From: Chiloscyllium plagiosum
Lineage: Eukaryota
DNA length: 53,135 nt
Assembly (NCBI RefSeq): GCF_004010195.1
Contig: NC_057718.1
Coordinates: 99,728,730 to 99,781,864, forward strand
Direction: 5' to 3'
Below, in pieces: positions 1-12,190 of this stretch (its first letter is position 1; the number at the start of each line of letters is the position of its first letter). Below the pieces are notes generated by a model. It was not told where the DNA came from and ran no database searches. It worked only from the letters and a program-made list of their open reading frames with translations. The position numbers and the translations under genes are program-made.

Positions 1-244
1 TCCTCGCGATTACCGGCCAGTTGCACAATTATTAGGCTACCCTGTTTTATAAGGGAAGTTTTCTTGCAGTTTCAGGACACAGATTTTTGGCTCCAAAGCT
101 CTCTGGGTACACAATGAGCTCTGGGTGAAATGAACAGCTCCATGGTTGTCTGTTTATGTCAATCAGGAACGGTCAGGTACAAAATGAGCAGAATTGCATG
201 GAATACTATTTTGCTCAGTTTACTCGGTTTTGTTATTTCTTTAG

Positions 245-353
245 GAGAACATCAAAGAACTGAAGAACAGATCCCTTGGGGAAATGAACACCGAAGAAGT
301 TTGTGAGTGGGTCAGAGGGCTGGGACTGGAGAGGTGTATTCCTACAATCAAAG
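245..353 (+). CDS. Unnamed SAM-RA-CC-PDZ gene, exon A (first in window): SAM domain N-half
   Basis: Acceptor ttgttatttctttag, donor AAG|gtgaca, phase 0 to 1. Translates ENIKELKNRSLGEMNTEEVCEWVRGLGLERCIPTIK, matching the SAM 'xxEEVxEWLxxLGLxxY' pattern. Confidence 0.85.
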
Positions 354-865
354 GTGACATTCATGCTAAGAGCCTCTTTGGCCCAGTTTCAATAACACTT
401 CATAAAGTGCTGTGCAAATTGTCCCTGCTTTTAGCACAGCTGTTTAATGTCTGTTGCTTCAGGTTTCCGTAATGCTTCCAGTTCTCAGCTCCACCACTAG
501 ATCATGGGGAATACACACTATGTCAGGGGCCGCTGTACATTTTACTAAACATTTTCTGTAAATGGAGCCAGATGGTGACTCCTCTGGTGGTGCTGGTGAT
601 ATGTTTCACTTCTGGTTCACCAGCAGCCACACGACCCTTCAAAATCCCGGCGTTACTCTCATTCCGGGCCCCTTGAGCATTCCACAGAGTTAAGTGTTCC
701 TCCTCTGACATCCATGGGGTTGGAGACTGAGGGCCTGAGACCTGGAGTGATCTCCCTAAATCCGTCTGCCACTCTTCCCAATGAGCAGCTGCTGAAAGGG
801 GAGCATGAGCGGGAGCCATATTGTTGTCAAGCTGGGTGTGTGGTCTGGTTGGCATGGCATCCCAA

Positions 866-1207
866 TGGTACAGTGGCTCAGTGGTTAGCCCTGTGGCCTC
901 CCAGCGCCATGGACCCAGGTTCGACTCCAGCCTCGGGTGACTGTCTGTGTGGAGTTTGCACGTTCTCCCTGTGTCTGCGTGGGTTTCCTCCGGGTGCTCC
1001 GGTTTCCTCCCACAGTCCAAACAAGTGCAGGTTAGGGTGGATTGGCCGTGCTAAATCACCCATAGTGTATGGGTGGATTAGCCATGGGGAATGCAGGGTT
1101 ACAGAGACAGGGTACAGGGTTAGGTCTGGGCCAGATGCTGTTCAGAGGATAGGTGTAGACTGAATGGGTTGAATGGCCTGCTTTTGCACTGTAGGAATTC
1201 TATGATT
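866..1207 (+). mobile_element. HE1-type tRNA-derived V-SINE
   Basis: A box TGGCTCAGTGG, B box GGTTCGACTCC, V-domain ctgtgtggagtttgcac...ggtttcctccgggtgctccggtttcctcccac, and a CR1-like tail. Confidence 0.9.
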
Positions 1208-1521
1208 AACTATTGGCGGGGGTGGGGGGGGTGCGTTTGGGGGTGGCGCGGTTGGGTGGGGATGAGAGTTCCTGCTTGCTTTGGTCTTATGGTGCCAGCT
1301 TGTCGGGCATTGGCAACTGAGCGGCGTCTCGGGCAGGACTGAGGGACCCCCCACCCCCCCAGCAGACCACCCCCCTGGTAGACCAGGCACCTTTCTGTGT
1401 GAGCCACAGCTGCTCCAGTGACATCCAAGGCTGGGGGAAGGGAGCCACCATTTCCTGTCGCGAGGGCTCTGCATCGACCTCTGATGTTTTAAACTGCACC
1501 TTTCCCCTTCTGCCACCCCAG

Positions 1522-1680
1522 AGAGCAAATTGCGAGGACAGCAGCTGGTGTCCATTGACCTGGACACTCTCGCCCATCTTCAGTTGGAAACCATTGAGGA
1601 GAAAGAGATTCTCCTGGCGTCCATTTACAAAGAGCTCCACCCAATGGACACAGGCAGCCAACGTCTTGATGATCTGCTCG
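1522..1680 (+). CDS. Unnamed gene, exon B: SAM domain C-half
   Basis: Acceptor tttccccttctgccaccccag, donor TCG|gtaaga, phase 1 to 1. (E)SKLRGQQLVSIDLDTLAHLQLETIEEKEILLASIYKELHPMDTGSQRLDDLL continues the SAM fold. This frame is absent from the ORF track. Confidence 0.85.
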
Positions 1681-2221
1681 GTAAGAACTGACTGGGTGCA
1701 GGGAAGTCACACCAAACCCTTAGCTCTTACTTTAGACAGGACTGAGGGCTTTAGGGTGGGATTCCTGTGGAGGAGTAGGGGTGAGAGGGGCAATTAGAGG
1801 CTGAATGGGGGAGAGAGAGAGTGAGAGCAAAACACTGGGCCGTTGATAGCAAGGAGCAAGTGTTGGTCATGTGGATGTCCGAGAGAAAAGGAGTGTTTGA
1901 AGATAGCAGACAGAGAAGGACAGAGTTCAGGAGACTTAAAGGGAGAAAGAATTGGCAGATAATCGGAATTTTTACCTTTACAACACATGCCACACTGTTA
2001 CTAACCAGAACTTTGCAAAGCAGTATGTCATCCGTCAGCTATCTCTCTCTCTCTCTCTCTCTCTATTTCTGAACCTATTGCCATTACCAGGCATTTCCCA
2101 TATAAATCTTTCTAAAATTTTCTTTATCTGGTCTGCAAACCACAGTGTTTATATGTTTAAAATGCAATGAAAATGAATGGGCTGAGGCCTCGCTCTCAAA
2201 ATAAGACATACAGAAATTGCA

Positions 2222-2381
2222 AAGTTAAAAATCACACAACACCAGGTTATAGTCCTACAGGTTTAATTGGAAGCACTAGCTTTCGGAGAGCTGCTCCTTC
2301 ATCAGGTGATAGTAGTCTATAACCTGGTGTTGTGTGATTTTTAACTTTGTACACCCCATTCCAATACCGGCATCTCCAAAT
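2222..2381. mobile_element. Miniature PLE-derived hairpin element
   Basis: aaagttaaaaatcacacaacaccaggttatag and its reverse complement. TSD cagaaattgca at 2211-2221 and 2382-2392. Confidence 0.85.
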
Positions 2382-2396
2382 CAGAAATTGCACACA

Positions 2397-2975
2397 GAGT
2401 CATAGAGATGTACAGCACAGAAACAGACCCCATGGTCCAACTCATCCATGCTGACCAGATATCCTAAATTAATCTAGTCCCATTTGACAGCATTTGGCCC
2501 ATATCCCTCTAAACCCTTTTTATTCATGTACCCATCCAGATGCTTTTTAAATGTTGTAATTGTACCAGCCTCCACCACTTTCTCTGGCAACTCATTCCAT
2601 ACACGTACCACCCTCTACGTGAAAAAGTTGCCCCTTTTAAAACTTTTCCTTCTCTCCCTCTGCCCTCTGTTTTGGGATCCCCTACCCTGTGGAAAAAACC
2701 GTGACTATTCACCCCATCCATGCCCCTCATGATTTTATAAATCTCTATAAGGTCACCCCTCAGCCTCCAGTGCTCCAGGGAAAACAGCCCCAGCCTATTC
2801 AGCCTCTCCTTATAGCTCAAACCCTCCCACCCCACAACATCCTTGTGTAAGTCTTTTCTGAATCCTTTCAAGTTTAACAATATCCTTTCTATAGCAGGGA
2901 GACCAGAAATGAATGCAGTACTCTAAAAGTGGCCGAACCAATGTCCTGTACAGCCACACCATGACCTCCCAACCC
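2397..2975 (-). mobile_element. CR1/HER1 LINE 3' fragment
   Basis: LYRTLVRPLLEYCIHFWSP and LSYKERLNRLGLFSLE..RLRGDLIEIYKIMRG, plus the CR1 3' tail. Confidence 0.9.
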
Positions 2976-3149
2976 CTGTATACAATTGGTATTAATTGCC
3001 CTGGCTTTAATTTCACAACATGCCCATCATTCTGAGATTGCAATCTTATTATGAGTTTGACAAAAAGATTCAGAGAGAGAGAGGGGGAGTCTGTTCCTAC
3101 GTTGATTCTGATTATACACTTTTCACTGTGTCTCAGTACACGTGACAAT

Positions 3150-3202
3150 AAATTCAATTCAATACAAGTCAATTCAATTTAATTCAATTCAATTCAATTC
3201 AA
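3150..3202. repeat. (AATTC)n microsatellite
   Basis: aattcaattcaattc... tandem units. Confidence 0.85.
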
Positions 3203-3277
3203 TACACATGCCATGTTGTCGCTAGCTACTGCTTAGATCTTGCAACGCCATTGACATCCCGGCTATAAATCCGTTAG

Positions 3278-3380
3278 ATATTTTTACGGCAACACCTGAT
3301 CAACTCATTATTTCTGTTAAGTTTATACTGGAGATGTCGCAGGCTAGATTATACATTGGGAGCTGGTGGGACTATCACAG
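3278..3380 (+). CDS. Unnamed gene, exon C (linker)
   Basis: Weak acceptor ccgttag, donor CAG|gtaaaa. 103 nt, phase 1 to 2, which is the phase change needed between exons B and D/E. (D)IFTATPDQLIISVKFILEMSQARLYIGSWWDYH(S). Confidence 0.55.
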
Positions 3381-3949
3381 GTAAAAGCCAACGCTAGTGC
3401 GTTCAATGCCTTAATTAAATCAACGAAGCTGAAAATGAAATTGATATTTGCAAATTAGCCTCTTGAATCCCGAAATAGGGACAACTTTTCATTAGGGTGA
3501 AATCCCAGCAACCTCCCATCTTGTGGTCTGGGGTGCCACCTAGTGCAGTAATTGCAAGTTGGGTCGATAAAAGGGAGATCCCATTATAAAAGTTTGATGC
3601 AGAAGCAGTAGCTGATAATGGTTTAGGAATGGCTAAAGCCTCAGAGATCGAAAGAGAGAGAGTTAGCTATAGTCCAGCTATAGTTCTGTTTAATGACGTT
3701 CTTTGTAATAATATCATTTTAATGATCTTCTAACTAGCCCATTGCTTTACTTGCAATGAGTCGAAACAATATAGGACCTAGGAGCAGGAGTAGGACATTT
3801 GAGCTGGATCTGCCATTTAATATGACTGTGGTGGGTCTGGTTTGTTCTCGTTTCTGCTTCCCTACCTCTTCCACCCTCCCCCTCAAAACCCCCAATCTCG
3901 ACTCCCTCATCTATCAAAAATCTCTCTAGCTCAGCCTCAAATAAATTCA

Positions 3950-4107
3950 AGTTAAAAATCACACGACACCAGGTTATAGTCCAACAGGTTTGTTTGGTAG
4001 CAGCACTCTGAAGTGAGTGCTTCCAAATAAACCTGTTAGACGTTAACCTGGTGTCGTGTGATTTTTAACTTAGCCCACCCCAGCCCAATACTGGCTCCTC
4101 CACATCT
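3950..4107. mobile_element. Miniature PLE-derived hairpin element inserted in a CR1 fragment (~3768-4425, -)
   Basis: Inverted arms, with TSD aataaattca at 3940-3949 and 4108-4117. Confidence 0.82.
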
Positions 4108-4428
4108 AATAAATTCATTGACCCACCCAAACCTCCCAAGAAAATCAAAAATTCTCCTCAGCTTTGGTCTTAAAAGCGAGACTCCTTATCCTTAAAGTGC
4201 ATCCCCCTCATTCTAGTCTCTCCCACAGGGGTAAAGATCCTGTTGATATCCCGTTAAATCACCTCAGAATCTTGCAATTCACAATAAGGTCACCTCTCAT
4301 TCTTCCAAATTCCAAAGGATAAAGATCCCAACTATCCAATCTTTCTTCCGAAGGTAAAGACCTTCATCCCAGCAGTTCCAGTCACCTCAGGCTTCTCTGA
4401 GCTGCTTCTAAAGCCATTCTATAGATAA

Positions 4429-5143
4429 NNNNNNNNNNNNNNNNNNNNNNNNNNNNNNNNNNNNNNNNNNNNNNNNNNNNNNNNNNNNNNNNNNNNNNNN
4501 NNNNNNNNNNNNNNNNNNNNNNNNNNNNNNNNNNNNNNNNNNNNNNNNNNNNNNNNNNNNNNNNNNNNNNNNNNNNNNNNNNNNNNNNNNNNNNNNNNNN
4601 NNNNNNNNNNNNNNNNNNNNNNNNNNNNNNNNNNNNNNNNNNNNNNNNNNNNNNNNNNNNNNNNNNNNNNNNNNNNNNNNNNNNNNNNNNNNNNNNNNNN
4701 NNNNNNNNNNNNNNNNNNNNNNNNNNNNNNNNNNNNNNNNNNNNNNNNNNNNNNNNNNNNNNNNNNNNNNNNNNNNNNNNNNNNNNNNNNNNNNNNNNNN
4801 NNNNNNNNNNNNNNNNNNNNNNNNNNNNNNNNNNNNNNNNNNNNNNNNNNNNNNNNNNNNNNNNNNNNNNNNNNNNNNNNNNNNNNNNNNNNNNNNNNNN
4901 NNNNNNNNNNNNNNNNNNNNNNNNNNNNNNNNNNNNNNNNNNNNNNNNNNNNNNNNNNNNNNNNNNNNNNNNNNNNNNNNNNNNNNNNNNNNNNNNNNNN
5001 NNNNNNNNNNNNNNNNNNNNNNNNNNNNNNNNNNNNNNNNNNNNNNNNNNNNNNNNNNNNNNNNNNNNNNNNNNNNNNNNNNNNNNNNNNNNNNNNNNNN
5101 NNNNNNNNNNNNNNNNNNNNNNNNNNNNNNNNNNNNNNNNNNN
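4429..5143. other. Assembly gap (715 N)
   Basis: Run of N. Confidence 1.
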
Positions 5144-5400
5144 NGGGTGGTAGGGGGGCGTGGACCTGACCAGGTAGTCACGGAGGGAACGGTCTTTGCG
5201 GAAGGCGGAAAGGTGTGGGGAGGGAAATATATCCCTGGTGGTGGGGTCTGTTTGGAGGTGGCGGAAATGTCGACAGATGATTTGGTTTATGCGAAGGTTG
5301 GTAGGGTGGAAGGTGAGCACCAGGGGCGTTCTGTCCTTGTTGCGGTTGGAGGGGTTGGGTCTGAGGGCGGAGGTGCGGGATGTGGACAAGATGCGTTGGA
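5144..5400 (-). mobile_element. Penelope-like element fragment (RT-to-endonuclease linker)
   Basis: DRTPLVLTFHPTNLRINQII.RHF.HLQTDPTTRDIFPSP..AFRKDRSLRDYLVRS. Confidence 0.85.
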
Positions 5401-5436
5401 GGATTTTTACCTAAGGAAATCATAGCCTACTCAGGA

Positions 5437-6187
5437 ACCAAAAGAGAAAATGCTGGAAAATCTCAGCAGGTCTGGCAGCATCTGTAAGGACAGAAAAGAG
5501 CTGACGTTTCGAGTCTAACTGACCCTTTGTCAAAGCTGCTGGCCTTTGTTGAGAACAGCATGCTCAGCCTCAGACAGGGGAAGGTCAGAGGGCATGGTGA
5601 ACACACAGCAAGGGCTGGGGTTGGAAGAGATGGGGTTCGAGGGATTGGGACTATTGGAAGGTGGAGGGTGGGCAGGGGTGTGGATGAAAAGTTGAAGCTT
5701 GCGTTCCTTAACATCTACAAGAAACAGGAAAAATATGGAGTTAAGGCGTCGAATAATACGAAGGATGAAATGAAATTGTGGACCAGGACAGCTTTGAGAG
5801 AGAGTAAGTCGGTGCTGCTGGAGAGAGGTGTCGAGTGCTTTCATGTGGCGGCGGATGGCCCTGAGTGTGGCTTTTAGGGTGCGGCTAGAACAGCAGTTGG
5901 AAAAATGTTGTATATCGTGCAAGTACCTGTAATCCTGGAGGCAGCATGCAGGGTGAAATTTGAGTTAAAATCCACGTGGAGTAAGTCAGAGGCGAAGACA
6001 GTCACTGAGGAAGGAAATATGGCTGTGGAAGCGAGTCTTAGTAAATACCTTGTCAGCTTTGACAAAGGGTCAGTTAGACTCGAAAGGTCAGCTCTTTTCT
6101 CTCCTTACAGTTGCTGCCAGACTTACTGAGATTTTCCAGTATTTTCTCTTTTGGTTTCAGATTGCAGCATCCGCAGTAATTTACTTG
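5437..6187. mobile_element. PLE insertion: inverted ~100-bp termini enclosing an ORF N-terminal fragment
   Basis: Inverted arms at 5437-5538 and 6055-6155. TSD tagcct(a/c)ctcagga at 5423-5436 and 6188-6201. - strand VFTMPSDLPLSEAEHAVLNKG. Confidence 0.85.
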
Positions 6188-6553
6188 TAGCCTCCTCAGG
6201 ATCTGGCCAACTTAATGCTGATGGGCCAAGATGGGCCAAATGGCTCCCTGCTGTGCTATATCATTTCTATGGTTCGATACAGTGCATTTTTTTAATTCTT
6301 TCACGGGAAGTGGAGACCAGCATTTACTTCCCATCCATAATTGCTAAGGGCAGCTAAGAGTCAACTACATCGCTCTGTGCACCCGGAGTCACTTGGAATG
6401 GGTCTGGGTGGGTTACTCTTCGGAGGATTGGTGTGGACTTGTTGGGCCGAAGGACCTATTTCCACACTGTAGAGATTCTACCCATGCCTAGTATGATTTC
6501 TCCATATGAAGTCTTAATGACAAATGGTCTTATGCTTAGCTTTTCATTTGTAG

Positions 6554-6592
6554 CCCTCGTAGGGCTTCCTACATCTTGCAATCCCCTTTCAA
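6554..6592 (+). CDS. Unnamed gene, exon D (39-nt symmetric exon)
   Basis: Acceptor gcttttcatttgtag, donor CAA|gttagt, phase 2 to 2. PRRASYILQSPF(K). Confidence 0.55.
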
Positions 6593-6862
6593 GTTAGTTT
6601 AACCTTTTTACCCCAGTGTTCTCACTCACCATTCAACACACATGTCTGATTAGTGTGTGACATTTGAAAAGCAAAACCTGTCACCTGTAATGGTTCAGAA
6701 TCCTCATCTGAACTGTAAAGAGCTACTCCATTCCTGATGGGCAAACCAACTCCAGTTACTAAACAAACTCCAGCGTTGTAGTTTTGGACATTATTGGAAG
6801 ACCGTGGAAGCTTTCGAGACGGTGCAGAGGAGATTTACCAGGATGCTGTCTGGACTGGAGAG

Positions 6863-7362
6863 NNNNNNNNNNNNNNNNNNNNNNNNNNNNNNNNNNNNNN
6901 NNNNNNNNNNNNNNNNNNNNNNNNNNNNNNNNNNNNNNNNNNNNNNNNNNNNNNNNNNNNNNNNNNNNNNNNNNNNNNNNNNNNNNNNNNNNNNNNNNNN
7001 NNNNNNNNNNNNNNNNNNNNNNNNNNNNNNNNNNNNNNNNNNNNNNNNNNNNNNNNNNNNNNNNNNNNNNNNNNNNNNNNNNNNNNNNNNNNNNNNNNNN
7101 NNNNNNNNNNNNNNNNNNNNNNNNNNNNNNNNNNNNNNNNNNNNNNNNNNNNNNNNNNNNNNNNNNNNNNNNNNNNNNNNNNNNNNNNNNNNNNNNNNNN
7201 NNNNNNNNNNNNNNNNNNNNNNNNNNNNNNNNNNNNNNNNNNNNNNNNNNNNNNNNNNNNNNNNNNNNNNNNNNNNNNNNNNNNNNNNNNNNNNNNNNNN
7301 NNNNNNNNNNNNNNNNNNNNNNNNNNNNNNNNNNNNNNNNNNNNNNNNNNNNNNNNNNNNNN
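6863..7362. other. Assembly gap (500 N, probably a placeholder size)
   Basis: Run of N. Confidence 1.
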
Positions 7363-8282
7363 CACACCTGTCATTTAACAAGATCATCTTAATAGTGTTT
7401 CAAACTCCCCACTCCTGTCTACTGCCAATAGCTTTTCATTGTCTTACTTCACAAGAATCTGTCTGTCTCTTAATTAAGGATCTACTTCCCTTTCCCTTAA
7501 AAAATATTCAATTGCCTCATCTCCAAAGGGAGCTCCAAAGTTGTCCAACCCTTCAGAGATGAAAGATTTTCTATCCTAGTCCCTAGTTTTAAAACAGCAT
7601 CCCCTAGTTCTGCGCTCACTGACAGAAAGATACATCCTCTCCACATCCACCCTGTCAACACAACGCAGCATCTTGCATTCTCCCAGCGAGCAACACTTCC
7701 TGCCTATCCAATATTTCCTCAGAAGACAACCCACTCATTCGAGGTATCAATCTAACAGCCCTCCTCTAAACCACCTCCAACAATGATTTTGAGTTTTCTC
7801 ATTCATTTCAAGGTAGATTGTCTCAAATTATTGGCAAGAATTTTCTCCCCTTACAAAGTTGTGATATACTCTGAGAGAAATGTTGCTCTCATCCAATCCC
7901 ATCTCTTCTTGTTAAAAGGTGGTCTTGTCTGACAACGCTTCAGATAAGACAGGTGTATAACTGGAATGTCACTGAAAAGAGCGATGTGTCACTGAAGCTT
8001 TTCATTTTGCACTCATCAGGACACATGAAAGAATGCCAAACTTCAAACGATCACAACAATTTCCAGTACAGGGGAAAAGGAGTACAAAATAAAAAGCATT
8101 GGCTACCTGCAGGATTGATGCAAGGATGTCAAATTTTCCAAATGCCACACTTCCCTTCTCAAGGTCACTCATTCCTGTGGCACCGAGAAAACTTCACCCA
8201 TTCGTTCAGTGGTTCACTCATCCCTTACTGCATTCTGAAACCACCCAAACCAGGATGGTTTCTGATGTAATCTCATGGGGTT

Positions 8283-8680
8283 CACATACACAGACACAAG
8301 CACACACATTCACATATGAACACAGACACATATACACACACACACAAGCACACACAGACACACATGGACACAGACACATACACACATACACACACAAACA
8401 CATGCACACACAGACACATATGGACACAGACACATACACACATACACACACAAACACATGCACACACAGACACATATGGACACAGACACATACACACAGG
8501 AAATATACAGACATACACTTGCACACACACCCACACACACACAGATACACACACACATAAACACATGTATGCATACAAACAGAAACAGACATACATACTC
8601 ACACTTGCACTCCCACACACACACTGAATAGACACACACACTCACACTCTTACGTACACACACATACAAACACATACACA
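8283..8680. repeat. CA-rich compound minisatellite
   Basis: Higher-order unit gacacatatggacacagacacatacacacatacacacacaaacacatgcacacaca, repeated about 3 times. Confidence 0.9.
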
Positions 8681-8893
8681 AGTTGATTGGATCTGCATTG
8701 TTGGGATCCACCTGAGCCTCTCCCCTCTTTCCTAATCAGTAACCTTAAGGAACATCCACAGAGTGGATTCCTTGACATTCCGAGAGGTCTGGAAGCAGGA
8801 AATGCCAGGACACTTGGCAGAAGGAAGTCAAGTCTGCAATTCTGTGTGTGATAAATATGAGCTCACTTTGTGTATTACGTTAATTTTATTCAG

Positions 8894-8958
8894 GGAAGCT
8901 GATGCAGTAGAAGATAAACGATTGATAAAGTCTGATCTGGTCAATTTAACAATAAAAG
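8894..8958 (+). CDS. Unnamed gene, exon E (start of RA/ubiquitin-like domain)
   Basis: Acceptor taattttattcag, donor AAG|gtaaaa, phase 2 to 1. EADAVEDKRLIKSDLVNLTIK. Confidence 0.75.
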
Positions 8959-9008
8959 GTAAAAAATATATCATTTTAAATCTGGTTATATTGTTGATTA
9001 ATAAAGGA

Positions 9009-10756
9009 GGTGCCGGTGTTGGGGTGGACAAGGTCAGACGTCACACGACACCAGGTTATAGTCCAACAGGTTGATTTGAAATCACAAGAAATGATGGCCT
9101 GTTTAAGGTTTGATGGTTATTTGAAGGTGAGAAGTGGGGCGTACAGATGATCTTGGCGAGATGCTCATCATTATTGGTGACATATTGAAGGCTGTGAAGG
9201 AACTGGTTTAGTCTGTCCACTCCAGGGAAGTACTGGACAATGAAGTGTGCGCTATCGGTTATGTCCCGTTTCTGTCTTCTGAGCAGGTCATTGCGGTTTC
9301 TCGCTGTGGCATGTCGATGAGTTGAGCATCGTATCTTGTTCTAATGAGGGTGTCTTTCACCTTCTTTAGATATCTGTTACATTCCTCCTCATCTGAGCAG
9401 CTCCTGTGTATGCGTAGGGCCTTCCTGTAGGGGATGGCTGTTTTAATGTGATTAGAGTGGAAGCTAGAGAAATGCAGCATCGTGAGGTTATCCGTAGGCT
9501 TGCAGTAGAGTGAGGTGCTGAGGTGCACATCCTTGATGGAGATGCGTGTGTTCAAAAGTGAGGCTGATTCTGAAGAGTAGTGGATGATAAGTCTGATGGT
9601 GGGATGAAACTTGTTCATATCGTAGTGTAGATGTTTCAGGGATTCCTCGTTGTCCAGTAGTTCCCTGGAGCAGAGAGACTATGCCATGTTCTTCACAGCC
9701 TTCAACATGTCATCAATGATGGGGAACACCTCACCAAGATCATCCCTACGCTCCCACGTCTTGCCTTCAAACAACCACCTTAAACAGACCGTCGCTCTCA
9801 GCAAACTACCCAGCCTTCAGGATGATATCGACCACAAGACCACACACCATTGCCATGGCAACCACTGCAAGACATGTCAGACCATTGACGATGGATACTA
9901 CCATCACACGTGGGGACACCACTCACCATGTACACAGCAGATGCTCATGTGACTCGGCCAATGTTGTCTACCTCATATGCTGCAGGCAAGGCTGCCCTGA
10001 GCCATGGTACATAAGCGAGACCAAGCAGACGCAATGACATGGACATGCGCAACAATCACCAGACAGGAATGTTCCCTCCTAGTTGGGGAACACTTCAGCA
10101 CTCAGGGAGATTCAGCCTCTGATCTTCAGGCAAGAGTCCTCCAAGACAGCCTTGGAGATAGCCAACAAAACAGAATCGTCGAGCAAAAACTCATAGTCAA
10201 GCTGCGTACCCATGAAGACAGTCTCAACCATGATCTCGAGTTCGCGTCACGCTACATGTGATCCCAAAACACTGTTCTGTATCTGTGAAATCTTCCTTAC
10301 TGACCTGTTGTGACACCATCACCTTGATAAATTGTTATGAACTCTCTACCTGGACAGTTTTGGATTACTTGTTACTTTGGTTAGACCCTTGGTATGCGAC
10401 TCTGAAAACTATTATGTTATTCCAACCATTTGGTTTGTCTCCAGCATCACCTTATTTTTAATGTTTTGTAATTATCTCTCTGCCTCAATTAATTGGATTA
10501 TAGATCATCCCTTCACTTGTTATTGAGCTGTTGACACTTTACTCACAGCATCGGACACTTTTGATCACTTGCAGAGATTTATTATTCGGCTTGTAAACAC
10601 TCACACCATTTGTATGATCTTTTGATCTCTCTGCCTATACGTTCTGTGTCTGTGCGCTTCTCTCTCACTTCCCCTGAGGAAGAAGCAGCACTCCGAAAGC
10701 TTGTGATTTCAAATAAACCTGTTAGACTATAACCTGGTGCCGTGTGACTTCTGACT
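9009..10756. mobile_element. PLE insertion with internal inversion (RT end on -, GIY-YIG region on +)
   Basis: 15-bp TSD ttgattaataaagga at 8994-9008 and 10757-10771. - strand NKFHPTIR...YCKPTD...AIPY; + strand SCDSANVVYLICC..C...YISET. Confidence 0.88.
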
Positions 10757-11357
10757 TTGATTAATAAAGGAACAGCATGTTTCAAGTTTATAGCCAGAAC
10801 TGGGTGTTGGTCCTTCACTAGCCTCTGTAAGGTCTCTGTGGCTGGCAGAATGAGATGGTCAATCATTTCCTTTCCTGCCCACTATTGAATACCAGTGGGT
10901 ATGAGTAGGTGGCTGGTGGTGGATACAACGCCACCTGAAGTGGTCGCCCAGCTCCAAGCTCATTCACCGCTCCCGGAACAGGCAACCACACTCTTCTTTT
11001 GGGAATTCCCCATGAGCAGAATCGTACAGCAGCTGTGGTCGGACTCCTTGACGCTAATGAGATCATTGGACCCCATAATGCCTCTGCTCGTTATTGTAGT
11101 CATCAGAGCAGAAGATGTAGGAGCAGATGTATGCCATTTGGCCCATCAGCTGTTCAATGGCTGATCTGATCATCCACTTCCCTGCCTGGTCACTGTAAGA
11201 TTTTCAGAAGCTCAGTACTCACTGTGGGTTACACACTTGGAATTGTGGTATTTCACATTGATTTGCTCTAGCCGACATTGGTAGATTCCACGTGTGAGGT
11301 GTCTTTATTCTCTCTCTCTCTCTCACTCCATCCTTCCCATTCTTTTCTCTATTTCAG

Positions 11358-11498
11358 CCTTTAAGAAAAACCTGCAGTTGAAGGTCCCGAGGAATTCCAC
11401 AGTTGCTAAAGTAACGGATGCGGGCCGGAAGATCCTGGGACTGAAGGAAGACGCCAGGCACCTGTCCCTCAATCTCATCGCCAGCAAAACAGGCAAAC
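11358..11498 (+). CDS. Unnamed gene, exon F (RA/ubiquitin-like core)
   Basis: Long pyrimidine tract ending tatttcag, donor AAC|gtgagg, phase 1 to 1. (A)FKKNLQLKVPRNSTVAKVTDAGRKILGLKEDARHLSLNLIASKTGK. Confidence 0.8.
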
Positions 11499-11869
11499 GT
11501 GAGGCGTTCTCCTCCAGTGGCCAGTGGCATGGGCAATCTGCTGGTTCACAAGTTGTAACTCAATTCATCAAACATCCACTTAACTAAGAACCTTAGCTGC
11601 ACACCCCACCCCCCTTCACCTCAGTATTCCTCTGAGATATCTCTGTGCCTCTCCAATCTGCTGCTGTCTCCTCTCCACCCCAAGTTCTCATTGTTTCACA
11701 TTTTGCAGCTGGTCCTTCGATTGCCAGGACACCAAATTCTCATAATTCTGCTCCCCATTCTCCCCTCTGCCTTGCCACACCCCCCCACCCCCCACCATCT
11801 CTTTATTCACACTTTTAGTCACCAGCTGTCATTTTACGCAGTTTGGTGGGTGACAACATATTTTTTAAA

Positions 11870-12190
11870 AGAATCCCTACAGTGTGGAAGCAGGCGGTTC
11901 ATCCCATCGAGTCCACACTGACCCCTCTGAAGTTCATCCCACACAGATCTACCCCCCTTTCCTATCTCTGTGACCCTGCATTTCCCCGTGGCTAATCCAC
12001 CTAGTCTGGACACTATGGGACAACTTAGCATGGCTAATCCACCCTAACCTGCACATCTTTGGACTGTGGGAGGAAACTCCTACAGACACAGAGAGAATGT
12101 GTAAGTTCCACACAGACAGTCACCCGAGGCTGGAATCGAACCTGAGTTCCTGGTGCTGTGAGGCAGCAGTGCTAGCCACCATGCCACCCT
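11870..12190 (-). mobile_element. HE1-type V-SINE
   Basis: Reverse complement of the same head, V-domain and tail. Confidence 0.88.

Noticed and set aside
866..940. tRNA-like A/B boxes (here and at other SINE heads)
   Set aside because: These are SINE heads, not tRNA genes. They continue into the V-domain.
1959..2022. Alternative phase 1 to 2 exon candidate (DNRNFYLYNTCHTVTNQNFAK)
   Set aside because: The acceptor context is purine-rich. 3278-3380 has a better donor and a more protein-like sequence, though an exon hidden in the N gap cannot be excluded.
4382..7562. Long ORFs containing X runs
   Set aside because: They are artefacts of reading through N gaps.
8099..8711. His/Thr- and Cys/Val-rich ORFs (also 15466-16929 and 22194-22884)
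   Set aside because: They are translations of CA/GT minisatellites.
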